Shown here piece by piece: positions 23,801-31,284 of a stretch of 64,000 nt of DNA. The translations under genes and the position numbers were made by a program. The notes beneath the pieces are model-generated. The model saw nothing but the letters and a program-made list of their open reading frames with translations. It was not told where the DNA came from and searched no databases. The stretch is from Candidatus Zhuqueibacterota bacterium (GTDB taxonomy: Bacteria; Zhuqueibacterota; Zhuqueibacteria; Thermofontimicrobiales; Thermofontimicrobiaceae): positions 1 through 64,000 of the forward strand of contig JBMOPW010000010.1 of the NCBI GenBank assembly GCA_049322915.1, read 5' to 3'. The number at the start of each line of letters is the position of its first letter. Position 1 is the stretch's first letter.

Positions 23801-23816
23801 CGAATTGAATCAGTAG
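14865..23816 (+). CDS. NRPS: C-A-PCP-sulfotransferase-C-A-PCP-E (modules 3-4; Ile-like, D-Gln-like)
   Basis: Two HHxxSDG C domains. A codes DAYFSGVTFK and DAQDLGMVDK. PCPs: GGNSL and GGDSI. ST: PPRSGSTL...DKTP...HLTRHPY. E: HHLAIDGISW, EGHGRE, RTVGWFT, FNYLGQF. C-terminal COM tail YTPSDF. Confidence 0.95.
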   Translation: MTDPKKRISDLSPEKRALLMMRLKKKMSEVSNKHLIPRRENSNEFPMSYAQERMWFLHQWEPDSPLYNIPAAVRLTGNVDMFLLKRALHEVVRRHDVLRGVFTEKDNHPVQEIAPELELPFSYIDLRQSPPENREAEALQLISGDARKPFDLKRGPLFRVSLIQTCDTDYLFMLNMHHIVSDGWSIGVLIREVTLLYEAFRQNSPSPLPEIVIQYADFADWQKKYLRGDVLEKQLDYWKRQLGDNPPVLQLPTDRPRPLFPSFQGAYATFTLTPDLTDTLRKLSKANDSTLFMTLFAAFNILLHRYSGQDDISVGTPIANRNRSEIEGLIGFFVNTLVIRSNFSGNPTFKEFLGRVRDTATQAYSNQDVPFEMLVEAVQPNRDLSHTPLFQVMFALQENPVEAIRLPDFEMKGLEAESGTAKFDITLFMEERAGGLKGAFEYSTDLFDAATMENLIGHFVTMLHAIARHPEEKISALPLMAAPERRKVVDTWNATETEYPSEQSIQLLFEDQVEKTPDAIALNFNGTMLTYRELNERANRLAHYLKEMNVAPRVFVAMIMERSIDLIVATLGILKAGGVYVPLDTAYPKDRMAFMLEDIQAPVLLTQKDLLPIIPESTAKILCVDANWDDIRTYGSENIPCATDGSSLAYVIYTSGSTGKPKGVAVPHQAITRLVRNTNYVDITPEDKIAQAANASFDAATYEIWGALLNGATLVGMSKDLVLSSHQFVTYLREQGISIMFLTTALFNQIANEIPDAFATLKNLSFGGEAVDPNAVRQVVQAGPPKNLLHVYGPTENTTFTTWFRVEQVPANVKTIPIGRSIANTTNYVLDKMLNPVPVGVPGELFCGGDGLAEQYLNRPDLTAEKFIPNPFSRKGGQRLYRTGDLVRLLPDGAIEFIGRIDHQVKIRGFRIEIGEIESVLKNHPSLKDVIILAREDKPGERRLVAYVVPHEKQAPTTTELRSFLKEKLPDYMVPSFFMIMESFPINPNGKVDRKALPTPEMDRPDLDKEFVAPRDKLESALAAMWQDILGIEKVGIYDNFFELGGNSLQAAVFVNRIKKEFGEDAHVRSIFMAPTIAQFSMYIHEYYGHVIKEFFGEETVRTGDSLRLGDRTEQIEKIDAAKVQQIRRIITPLQPYQESAASQAKNPPAVFVLSPPRSGSTLFRVMLAGNPKLFAPPELDILSFNTLAERRQAFADDFSIWLEATWRAIMEIKNCDLETARSIMEESERQQLSSKEFYRQLQEWIGDRLLVDKTPSYPLDIEILKRAEASFDKPYYIHLTRHPYATIYSFLEAKLDKNFFRYEHPFSRQELSEIIWIICHQNILEFLKDIPEERQIRINFESLVTYPEPILQGVCEFLNIDFHPGMLKPYEGKKMTDGVTANSQMVGDFKFYLHKDIDNRAANRWKDVHTTNFLSDIAWEIAGKMNYKKTPDLDDSPAAAARKRSAVPAIQPIPRDGELPLSFQQQRLWFLDQMEPGSPAYNIPVTIRIDGVFDVAAAEKCIQEIVRRHEVLRTHFTNEQGKAALRIAPELRVPFVTLDISSLPEHLKEAEALNLALTEAKRPFLLDKDPLIRGLAIRLSEQSHVLVMTMHHIISDGWSTGVIIQEFAALYQSKTTGAGLVLPELKIQYADYANWQRQWLRGEVLEEQLDFWREQLHGAPPMLELPTDHPRPAEVTYSGASERFAFPAALTEAVKSFSKKENATEFMTLLAAFQVLLYRYSGEPDINVGTPIANRGQAELEGLIGFFVNTLVIRSRMFDNPSYRALLQQVREASLGAYSHQELPFEMLVDKLQPQRDMSHTPLFQAMFAFQNMPVQHLELPNCVISPFNIGSVTSKFELTMSIREYQGEFRGTLEYNTDIYEAATIKRMIQHFQVLLEHAVKFPDVTVADLPLLPVSEQRRILDEWNATVSDYPSETTIQQLFERQVEKNPDGIAVRYGEATLTYSDLNRRANQLGRYLRKQGVGPDVLVGVCMERSVELVVGLMGVLKAGGAYVALDPSYPKDRLAYILQDTRVPVQLTLARMNLEPLGVPVDELRLDADWAEIEKESGENPEHVAAPENLAYLIYTSGSTGRPKGVMMQHRSAINLWAGLNRSIYVNHPARSMRVSLNAPLLFDASVQQLVMLMSGHTLDILPQDARLDGFALLDYIRKSEIDVLDCVPSQLKMLIIAGLFEEKGWVPSILLPGGEAIDDITWKTLRDSEKTDAYNMYGPTECAVDSTICRVKESDGRPVIGRPINNARLYVLDKNLRPAPIGVPGELFIAGHGLARGYLNRADLTAEKFIPDPFGAAPGARMYRTGDLVRYVADGNVEFIRRIDHQVKVRGFRIELGEIEANLDQHPSLKEAVVIVREDEPGNKRLVAYLIPKNGEPPNISDLRSYLKTKLPEYMVPSAFVYLDKLPLTPNGKIDRKALPVPEVGRPELSGEFMEARNETEQKLAAVWQEVLGIDRIGVNDNFFELGGDSILTIQVIAKSKQRGLQLTPKQLFQFPTIAGLAEVAGAAAVIQAEQGIVTGEIALTPIQRNFFEQQFPEPHHWNQSILLEMRESLDVDRLKRAVKLLISHHDALRLRFQSTEQGWKQVNDEDDQDLPFLQIDLSKLPQEEYGKTIESFSSKLQGSLNFTDGPVAKFALFNLGDETPARLLIAIHHLAIDGISWRILLEDLYNAYVQLSEHKAVRLPAKTTSFRQWSMRLSGYANSEKLKNEWEYWRTVVDQQTTQLPLDFEHGSNVEGDTATEKVTLSEEETRALLQDVPAVYGTEINDALLAAVSMAFRRWAGVSRLRIDLEGHGREDLFDDVDISRTVGWFTSLFPVVLNIENEHDVAQVLKSTKEQVHGIPNKGIGFGLLRFLSDDESVRNSLRASQTADVSFNYLGQFDHIVNDAMPFAPAKESSGVERSLVNPRSHSISINGSIIGGALQISWMFSKAMYRSETMQQLARGFIESLREIIAHCQSPEAGGYTPSDFADVALQQDELDELMTELNQ
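18303..19149 (+). other. Embedded PAPS-dependent sulfotransferase domain (CurM/olefin-synthase ST-like)
   Basis: FVLSPPRSGSTLFRVMLAG..LFAPPEL (5'-PSB loop), LLVDKTPSY, YIHLTRHPY..IYS (3'-PB), VGD.KF..H..ID. Located between PCP3 and C4. Boundaries approximate. Confidence 0.88.
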
Positions 23817-24743
23817 TGAAAATTTAAGGGAGAACGGGAAATGGGTTGGTTCATACAAGCGATTGCCCAACTCACTGCGGTGAAACGGGCAGGGCGACCC
23901 GGCGAACGGATACAAAAAAAAGACATGCAGCATGAACCGGGCGACGTGTCGCGCCGAGCCAATCCCTTTTCTGTTACTCCGGAAGGCGCGTGGCGCCTGG
24001 ATCAACTCTCGCCGGGAGGCTGATGGAACCATTGCTTGTAGTTTGTATCCAGCGATCACTGGATATTTCTGCTTTTAAAACACGCTCAATTACTTTTCTT
24101 AACGCCACGAAGTGGTGCGCGCTCGATTTTTCATCGAGAAAAGGACGCCAAAACAACTCTAACTTGCATCATTGTCAATTGTCCAATCATTGATCTGAGT
24201 AGCAGCGCATCGGAAGAGCTTGAGACGAAATCGTCGAACCAGGGGGGTGAGCGGAATCGCACGCGCCATTGATCCTGGAATAGCTCCTGAGCCGAGTTCA
24301 ACCTGATTTTCTGTCAGGTTGTCATCATTCCGACGGGAAAAACCCTCGTCTCAATCGGCTGGTACATAGCAGGGCAGCATCATTGGGCGACGCTGCTTTC
24401 AAATCGACTCCCCGGCGGAGCGCGGGTATTCAGGGATGCGATGGTCGAAATGCGGCTCAGCCGGCGCGGTGATCGTTAATCCTTTGCAGAATTTTTTCGA
24501 TTTCACATCGTCAGACTGAGATTGCATGAGGTAGATGATGGGGTCAAATTGAAGGCTGAACTTAATAGAAATTAAATAAATAAAAAGTGTTAATCTGGCC
24601 GAAAAATTTTACGCATTTCTTACTAAATGTGGTATTTAAATATGGCCTACTCAACAATTCATAGAAATGAATCCGCATCGACCAGAAAAAAGTACGAATG
24701 CCGGCACTGGAAAAATTAATGAAGAGCAGAGGTTTTCTCGAAT

Positions 24744-27700
24744 ATGAATAAGCGAAATATTGAATCGATTTATCCACTGTCACCCATGCAACAGGGAATG
24801 CTTTTTCACAGCATTTACGAACCGGAGTCCGGTGTTTATTTTGAACAGCTCACGACGACGTTGGAAGGGGATTTGAATATCGGCGCGTTCAAAAAAGCAT
24901 GGCAGCAGGTGATCGATCGGCATTCCGTGCTGCGCACGGCGTTCGTGTGGAAGCGGCTGGACAAGACATTGCAGGTCGTACACAAAGAGGTCCCGCTCCC
25001 GTTTGAAGAACTGGACTGGTCGAATGTGGCGGAGGCGGATTTTGAGACGCAGTTGAATACCTATCTGGTGGAGAACAAGGCCGCCGGATTTAAACTTACC
25101 GACCCCCCGCTGATGCGTCTGGCGGTGATCCGGCGCGCGGATGGCCACCACCAGTTCGTCTGGAGCCATCACCATCTGCTCATGGATGGCTGGTCTCTGC
25201 CCATCGTCATCAGGGACGTGTTCACATTTTACGAAGCCAATCGGACGGGTCAATCGATAGCGTTGCCGCCGGTGAAACCGTATCGTGATTATATCAATTG
25301 GCTGCAAAATCAGAGTGAGGAAGACGCGCAGACATTCTGGAAAAAGTCGCTGAGCGGCTTCACAGCGCCCACACCGCTGGGCATCGATGTTAGCCCCAAC
25401 GGAAAATTGCAAACCACGGAGGCGCGATTCGGCGATATCAAGGTGTTGCTGTCCGGGGAGACAACTGCCGCGTTGCAGGCATTGGCCAGGCAGCATCAGT
25501 TAACGCTGAATACGCTGGTGCAGGGCGCCTGGGCCATTCTGCTCAGCCGCTACAGCCGCGAAGAAGACATTCTGTTCGGAGCCACGGTCTCCGGACGACC
25601 GGCAGAATTGGATAATGTCGAATTCATGGTTGGGTTGTTCATCAACACCCTGCCGGTGCGGGTGAACGTTCAGCCGAATCAGAAGCTGGCAGCCTGGCTG
25701 AAGCAGTTGCAGTCCCAGCAAGTGGACATGCGCCAGTTCGAGTACAGCGCGCTGGTTCAAATTCAGAGCTGGAGCGATGTGCCCCGCGATTTGCCGTTGT
25801 TCGAGAGCATTCTCGTTTTTGAAAATTATCCGGTGGACACCACGTTGCGCGAACAAAGTACCAGTCTCAAGGCCAGAAATATTCGCTCCATGGAACAGAC
25901 GAATTATCCGATTACGCTGGTTGCATCGCCGGGCAAAGAACTTTTTTTACAGATCGCATACGACCGCAGTCGCATCGACGACCAGGCGGCGAAACGGCTG
26001 ATTGATCATCTCGCCGTGCTGTTGCAGCAATTCCCAGAGAGACAGGATCAGACGCTGGGAATGCTCTCCATTTTGACGGAGCCGGAAAAACAGCAGTTGT
26101 TGCTCCATTGGAATGAGACAGAGGCCATGTACCCGGACAGCACATGCATCCACGAATTATTCGAACAGCGCGTCGCGGAGACGCCAAATGCGCCGGCGCT
26201 GGTGTTTGAATCCAGGGTACTCAGTTACGCGGAACTGAACGGCAAGGCCAATCAGTTGGCCCGCTACCTGCAGAAATGCGGCGTTGGCCGGGAAGTGATC
26301 GTCGGAATTTGCATGGAGCGCTCAGCGGACATGATTATCGCCATGCTGGCCAGCTTGAAAGCCGGCGGCGCCTATGTGCCCATTGATCCCAATTATCCGC
26401 AGGACCGCATCGAGTACATGATTAACGATTCTCAACTGTCCGTGCTTTTGACCCAGGAGCAATTGCAGGCATCGTTGCCGGCGACCCGGGCGATGGTGAG
26501 TTTGATCGACGCCGAATGGGATGCCATTGCCGGCGAATCGTCTGTGAATCTCGACCTGACCCTTTCCGAAGATAATCTGGCCTATGTCATTTACACCTCC
26601 GGTTCGACCGGCCGACCCAAGGGCACGCTGCTCAGTCACAAAGGATTCAGCAATTTCATCACCGCGTTCATCCGGGAAATGGGCGTCAGTCAGGATAGCC
26701 GCGTATTGCAGTTCGCATCGATCAGCTTCGATGCATCTGTTGCGGAAATTTACCTCGCGCTTTTGAGTGGAGCGGCGCTGTACGTTGCCCGGCAGGAGAC
26801 GTTGTTGTCTGTGGTTGACTTATCCAGGTATTTGCAGGAGCAGGGCATTACCGCAGTTTCGCTGCCCCCGTCCATGCTCACGTTGCTATCCGAACAGGGA
26901 CTGCCGGCGCTGGAAGCGGTGATCTCTGCCGGAGAAGCCTGCACCAGAGATATCGCGGACCGATGGGCGCAGAACAGACGGTTCCTCAACGGCTACGGCC
27001 CAACCGAGGGAACGGTTGGCGCTACGTGGAATGTCATCCGTGAAATTCCTGAGGGAGTGACCAACATTTCCATCGGCAAGGCCATTCAGAACAAGAAGAT
27101 TTACATATTGGATCAAAACCTGAATCCCGCGCCCGTCGGCATTGCCGGCGAATTGCACATCGGCGGCGTGGGACTTGCGCGGGGCTACCTCAATCGGCCG
27201 GATTTGACCGCTGAAAAATTTATTCCCAATCCATTCATCAACAAGGTCGGGGAGCGGATGTACCGCTCCGGCGATCTGGCCCGGTATTTGCCCGACGGCA
27301 ACATCGAATTTCTTGGACGCATTGACCATCAGGTCAAAATACGCGGCTTCCGCATCGAGCTGGGAGAGATCGAAGAGGTGCTGATGACGCACCCGGTCAT
27401 TCGGACGGCTGTGGTCATTGCGCGGGAGGATAAACCGGGGGACAAACGGCTGGTCGCCTATGTCGTCCCGGATGCGACCGCCGGATCTGAGCCAACGACG
27501 AGCGAGCTCTATTCCTTCCTCAAAGAGCGGCTGCCGGATTACATGGTGCCCTCGTTTTTCATGAAAATGGAATCGCTGCCGCTGACGCCCAATGGGAAAA
27601 TCAATCGCAAAGCATTGCCGGCGCCGGAACAGGATCGGCCAGAACTGGGTCGCGCCTACATTGCGCCGCGCACACCAGCGGAGCAGCTTGTCGCAGATAT

Positions 27701-30700
27701 TATGGGGCAGGTACTGGGTCTGGAGCGAGTCGGCGTGAACGACGATTTCTTCGAATTGGGCGGCCATTCATTGCTCGGCGTGAAAATGCAGAGTCGAATC
27801 CGCAGCGTGTTCGAGGTCGAATTGCCGCTGAGAGACTTGTTCGAAAATCCGACCGTGGCGCAGTTGGCCAATGTCATTGAAAAATTGAAATTGACGGATC
27901 AGGCGTTCGAAGCGCCGGCCATTGCGCCGGTTCCCCGCGATGGGGAATTACCCCTTTCGTTCTCGCAGCAGCGCCTCTGGTTCCTGGATCAATTGGAACC
28001 GAACAGTCCGTTTTACAATATTCCAACAGCGCTGCGATTGAAGGGCAATGTCAATATGGATGCGCTGCAGAAAAGTTTGAATGAAATTTGTCGTCGCCAC
28101 GAATCGCTCCGCACGACATTCAGAGCGGTTCGGGGCAAGCCCTTTCAGGTCATTGCCGATGCGTTCGAATTGAACATTGAGTCCAAGGACATGAGCGCCG
28201 TTGCAGCGGCGGAGCTGGACGCTGAAATTTTGCAGATCGCCCGGGCCGATGCACAGAAGGCGTTCGATCTGGCCAATGGCCCACTCTTGCGGGCCCTGCT
28301 CATCCGCGTGGCCGAAGACGATCATGTGTTCCTTTTCACCATGCACCACATCATTTCCGATGGCTGGTCCGTCGGCGTTCTCATCAAGGAAGTTGCGGCA
28401 TTGTACCGCGCGTATTCGGAGAACAGCCCGTCGCCATTGCCGGCATTGCCGGTTCAGTACGCTGATTTCGCGCATTGGCAGCGCAATTGGCTGCAGGGCG
28501 ACATGCTCGCGGCGCAGTTGGACTATTGGCGAAAGCAACTGGATAGCCGCGCCTTTGTGTTGGATCTGCCAACCGATCGACCCCGTCCGGCTGTGCAATC
28601 GTTTCGCGGAGCTGTCGTGTCCCGTAAATTGCCGAACGAATTGCTCGCCTCGCTGAAAGCGCTGAGCCAGAAAGAAGGCGTATCGTTGTTCATGACGCTG
28701 CTGGCGGCGTTCAAAACGCTGCTCTATCGTTATTCCGGCCAGGAGCACATCAATGTGGGAACCCCGCATGCCAATCGCAATCGACTGGAAACGGAGAATT
28801 TGATCGGGTTCTTTGTCAATACCCTGGTGCTGCACACGGATTTGTCGAACACGCCCACGTTCAAAGACCTGATGCAACGGGTGAAAGAAGTCGCCTTTGG
28901 CGCGTATCGTTACCAGGACATGCCGTTCGAGACGCTGGTCGAAGAGCTTCAGCCGCAACGGGACCTGAGTCACACGCCAATTTTTCAGGTCATGTTTGTC
29001 TTTCAAAATGCGCCGATGCAATCGCTCGAATTGCCGGGGCTGACATTCGAACCGATTGAAGCATCCAGCGGAACCGCTAAATTTGATCTGTCGCTGATCA
29101 TCGGCGAAGGCGGAGGATTTTCTGCCTCCATCGAATACAACACGGATCTGTTCTACGAAGCGACCATCGAGCGCATGCTCGGCCATTTGCAAACGCTGCT
29201 GGAATCGGTGAGCGATATCCCGGAACAGCGCATCGACTCCATCCGGTTCATGAAGGAGAGCGAAATGAATACCCTCCTGAATGAATGGAACAAGACGAAG
29301 GCGGAATTTCCTAAAGATTTTTGCATGCATCAATGGTTCGAAGCGCTGGCGGAAAAACAGCCGAACGCTGTGGCTGTGACGTACGAGGGCAGTCAATTGA
29401 CCTATTCCGAATTGAACGCGCGCGCCAATCAGCTTTCATTCTATCTGAGGAAACAGGGCGTGAAATCCGAAAATCTGGTCGGCATTTGCATGGAGCGCTC
29501 GCTGGATATGATGGTCGCCATTCTCGGCACGCTCAAGGCCGGCGGGGCGTTCATTCCGCTGGATCCGGTGTACCCGGAAGAGCGGTTGGCTTACATGATC
29601 GAGGATTCCGCGCTGTCCGTTCTGCTGACCCAGAAAGGACTGGCCGAACGGTTAAAAACGTATCATGCCATTGTCATTGCGCTGGACGAGCAGTGGGAGT
29701 CCATTGCCGGAGAGGAATCGACCAATCTGGCGCTGGAACTGGACCCGGATAATCTGGCATACGTCATCTACACCTCCGGTTCAACGGGCAGACCAAAGGG
29801 CACCATGCTGCGCCATCGCGGTTGGTGCAATTTAGGAGCCGCGCAGAAACGCGCATTTGGCGCCGGCCCTGGCAGCAGAATTTTACAATTTTCGTCCCTG
29901 AGTTTCGACGCCTCGGTCTGGGAAATGGTGATGGCGCTGTTGAGCGGAGCGACGCTCTGCCTCACCACCCGCGACATGCTGACCAGCGGTCAGGGTTTGC
30001 TGGAAGTGTTGCAGCGCGATGCGATCACGACAGTCACATTGCCGCCCTCAGTGCTGTCGGTTGTGCCACAGGCGGAGTTGCCAAATTTGTCAACGATTAT
30101 CACTGCCGGGGAAGCGTGCACGCCGGACCTGGTGTCTCGCTGGGCCAAAGGACGGCGTTTCTTCAATGCCTACGGCCCCACTGAAACCACAGTGTGCGCC
30201 TCCATGCTGGATGTATCGGATAACCGTTACACCAATCCGCCCATTGGCCGGCCGATCGATAATTTCCAGCTCTACGTGCTGGATAGCAACATGCAACCGG
30301 TCTCCGTTGGTGTGCCGGGAGAATTGCACATCGGTGGAATGGGGTTGGCGCGAGGCTATTTGAAGCGGCCCGATCTCACGGCGGACAGATTTGTGCCCAA
30401 TCCCTTTGGAACAGAAGAGGGAGCGCGTCTGTATAAAAGCGGCGACCTGGTCCGTTTCCTGGCCGATGGCGCCATTGAATTCCTGGGCCGAATCGATCAT
30501 CAGGTGAAAGTGCGGGGATTCCGCATCGAATTGGGCGAAATAGAATCTGTGCTGGGCGATCATCCCGACATTCGGGATGCGGTGGTTCTTGTTCGCGAAG
30601 ACCAGCCCGGCGACAAGCGTCTGGTGGCCTATGTCATCCCTGAAAACGGTCGTGAATTCACCGTCGCGGAGCTGCGAGCCTATCTCCGAAACCGGGTGCC

Positions 30701-31211
30701 GGATTACATGGTGCCTTCCGCGTTCATGGCGTTGACTGAATTTCCATTGACTCCTAACGGGAAAATCGATAAAAAAAGTTTGCCGGCGCCGGATCAGTCG
30801 CGCCCGGAACTGGAAAGCGCCTACGTGGCGCCGCGCAATGAAATCGAAGAAAAACTGGCGGCCCTGTGCGGCGAGTTGTTGCATGTCGAAAAAGTGGGAG
30901 TGCATGATAATTTCTTCGAATTGGGCGGGCATTCCCTGTTGGCCACTCAATTCATTTCTCACATCCGTGAGGCATTCGATGTGGAATTGCCGTTGCGCAC
31001 GTTATTCGAATCGCCGACAGTGGCCGGATTAGCTGAAAAAATACTCATCAGCCCGAAGATAGCCGAGGGTGAACACGCTCCCAAAATTGAAAAAGAAAGC
31101 CGTGGTGCGGAGAGCATTGATGCGCTGTTGATGGAAATGGAAAATCTCTCTGATGAGGAAGTTAAGCGATTGTTGGAGCAAGAGATGAATACATCAGAAA
31201 GCGCTCAATAG
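24744..31211 (+). CDS. NRPS: C(DCL)-A-PCP-C-A-PCP (modules 5-6; aromatic?, Phe)
   Basis: N-terminal IYPLSPMQQGMLFH and HHLLMDGWS, typical of a C domain that follows an E domain. A codes DAASIAGVGK and DAWTIAAVCK (GrsA/TycA-like Phe). Two GGHSL PCPs. Confidence 0.95.
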   Translation: MNKRNIESIYPLSPMQQGMLFHSIYEPESGVYFEQLTTTLEGDLNIGAFKKAWQQVIDRHSVLRTAFVWKRLDKTLQVVHKEVPLPFEELDWSNVAEADFETQLNTYLVENKAAGFKLTDPPLMRLAVIRRADGHHQFVWSHHHLLMDGWSLPIVIRDVFTFYEANRTGQSIALPPVKPYRDYINWLQNQSEEDAQTFWKKSLSGFTAPTPLGIDVSPNGKLQTTEARFGDIKVLLSGETTAALQALARQHQLTLNTLVQGAWAILLSRYSREEDILFGATVSGRPAELDNVEFMVGLFINTLPVRVNVQPNQKLAAWLKQLQSQQVDMRQFEYSALVQIQSWSDVPRDLPLFESILVFENYPVDTTLREQSTSLKARNIRSMEQTNYPITLVASPGKELFLQIAYDRSRIDDQAAKRLIDHLAVLLQQFPERQDQTLGMLSILTEPEKQQLLLHWNETEAMYPDSTCIHELFEQRVAETPNAPALVFESRVLSYAELNGKANQLARYLQKCGVGREVIVGICMERSADMIIAMLASLKAGGAYVPIDPNYPQDRIEYMINDSQLSVLLTQEQLQASLPATRAMVSLIDAEWDAIAGESSVNLDLTLSEDNLAYVIYTSGSTGRPKGTLLSHKGFSNFITAFIREMGVSQDSRVLQFASISFDASVAEIYLALLSGAALYVARQETLLSVVDLSRYLQEQGITAVSLPPSMLTLLSEQGLPALEAVISAGEACTRDIADRWAQNRRFLNGYGPTEGTVGATWNVIREIPEGVTNISIGKAIQNKKIYILDQNLNPAPVGIAGELHIGGVGLARGYLNRPDLTAEKFIPNPFINKVGERMYRSGDLARYLPDGNIEFLGRIDHQVKIRGFRIELGEIEEVLMTHPVIRTAVVIAREDKPGDKRLVAYVVPDATAGSEPTTSELYSFLKERLPDYMVPSFFMKMESLPLTPNGKINRKALPAPEQDRPELGRAYIAPRTPAEQLVADIMGQVLGLERVGVNDDFFELGGHSLLGVKMQSRIRSVFEVELPLRDLFENPTVAQLANVIEKLKLTDQAFEAPAIAPVPRDGELPLSFSQQRLWFLDQLEPNSPFYNIPTALRLKGNVNMDALQKSLNEICRRHESLRTTFRAVRGKPFQVIADAFELNIESKDMSAVAAAELDAEILQIARADAQKAFDLANGPLLRALLIRVAEDDHVFLFTMHHIISDGWSVGVLIKEVAALYRAYSENSPSPLPALPVQYADFAHWQRNWLQGDMLAAQLDYWRKQLDSRAFVLDLPTDRPRPAVQSFRGAVVSRKLPNELLASLKALSQKEGVSLFMTLLAAFKTLLYRYSGQEHINVGTPHANRNRLETENLIGFFVNTLVLHTDLSNTPTFKDLMQRVKEVAFGAYRYQDMPFETLVEELQPQRDLSHTPIFQVMFVFQNAPMQSLELPGLTFEPIEASSGTAKFDLSLIIGEGGGFSASIEYNTDLFYEATIERMLGHLQTLLESVSDIPEQRIDSIRFMKESEMNTLLNEWNKTKAEFPKDFCMHQWFEALAEKQPNAVAVTYEGSQLTYSELNARANQLSFYLRKQGVKSENLVGICMERSLDMMVAILGTLKAGGAFIPLDPVYPEERLAYMIEDSALSVLLTQKGLAERLKTYHAIVIALDEQWESIAGEESTNLALELDPDNLAYVIYTSGSTGRPKGTMLRHRGWCNLGAAQKRAFGAGPGSRILQFSSLSFDASVWEMVMALLSGATLCLTTRDMLTSGQGLLEVLQRDAITTVTLPPSVLSVVPQAELPNLSTIITAGEACTPDLVSRWAKGRRFFNAYGPTETTVCASMLDVSDNRYTNPPIGRPIDNFQLYVLDSNMQPVSVGVPGELHIGGMGLARGYLKRPDLTADRFVPNPFGTEEGARLYKSGDLVRFLADGAIEFLGRIDHQVKVRGFRIELGEIESVLGDHPDIRDAVVLVREDQPGDKRLVAYVIPENGREFTVAELRAYLRNRVPDYMVPSAFMALTEFPLTPNGKIDKKSLPAPDQSRPELESAYVAPRNEIEEKLAALCGELLHVEKVGVHDNFFELGGHSLLATQFISHIREAFDVELPLRTLFESPTVAGLAEKILISPKIAEGEHAPKIEKESRGAESIDALLMEMENLSDEEVKRLLEQEMNTSESAQ

Positions 31212-31284
31212 TCCAGATGTTTGTTGGGGGAATTTAAATTCATAGTTATAAACTCGGTTGTTGATTCTAAAGGAGGAATCGAAT

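Noticed and set aside
23841..24193. Short ORFs (60-67 aa) in the large intergenic gap, as RiPP precursors or leader peptides
   Set aside because: No leader/core pattern, no RiPP enzymes nearby, no recognisable homology.
24284..24373. Resemblance of CCTGAGCCGA to 6S RNA
   Set aside because: Only a short word matches; the rod structure with central bubble could not be shown by eye.
24121..24400. Possible c-di-GMP-I riboswitch (GGACGC...; AGGGCA...GGCGACGC fragments)
   Set aside because: Lacks the GCAAACC/GNRA tetraloop/GACGCAAA arrangement and the receptor hairpin. The resemblance is fragmentary.
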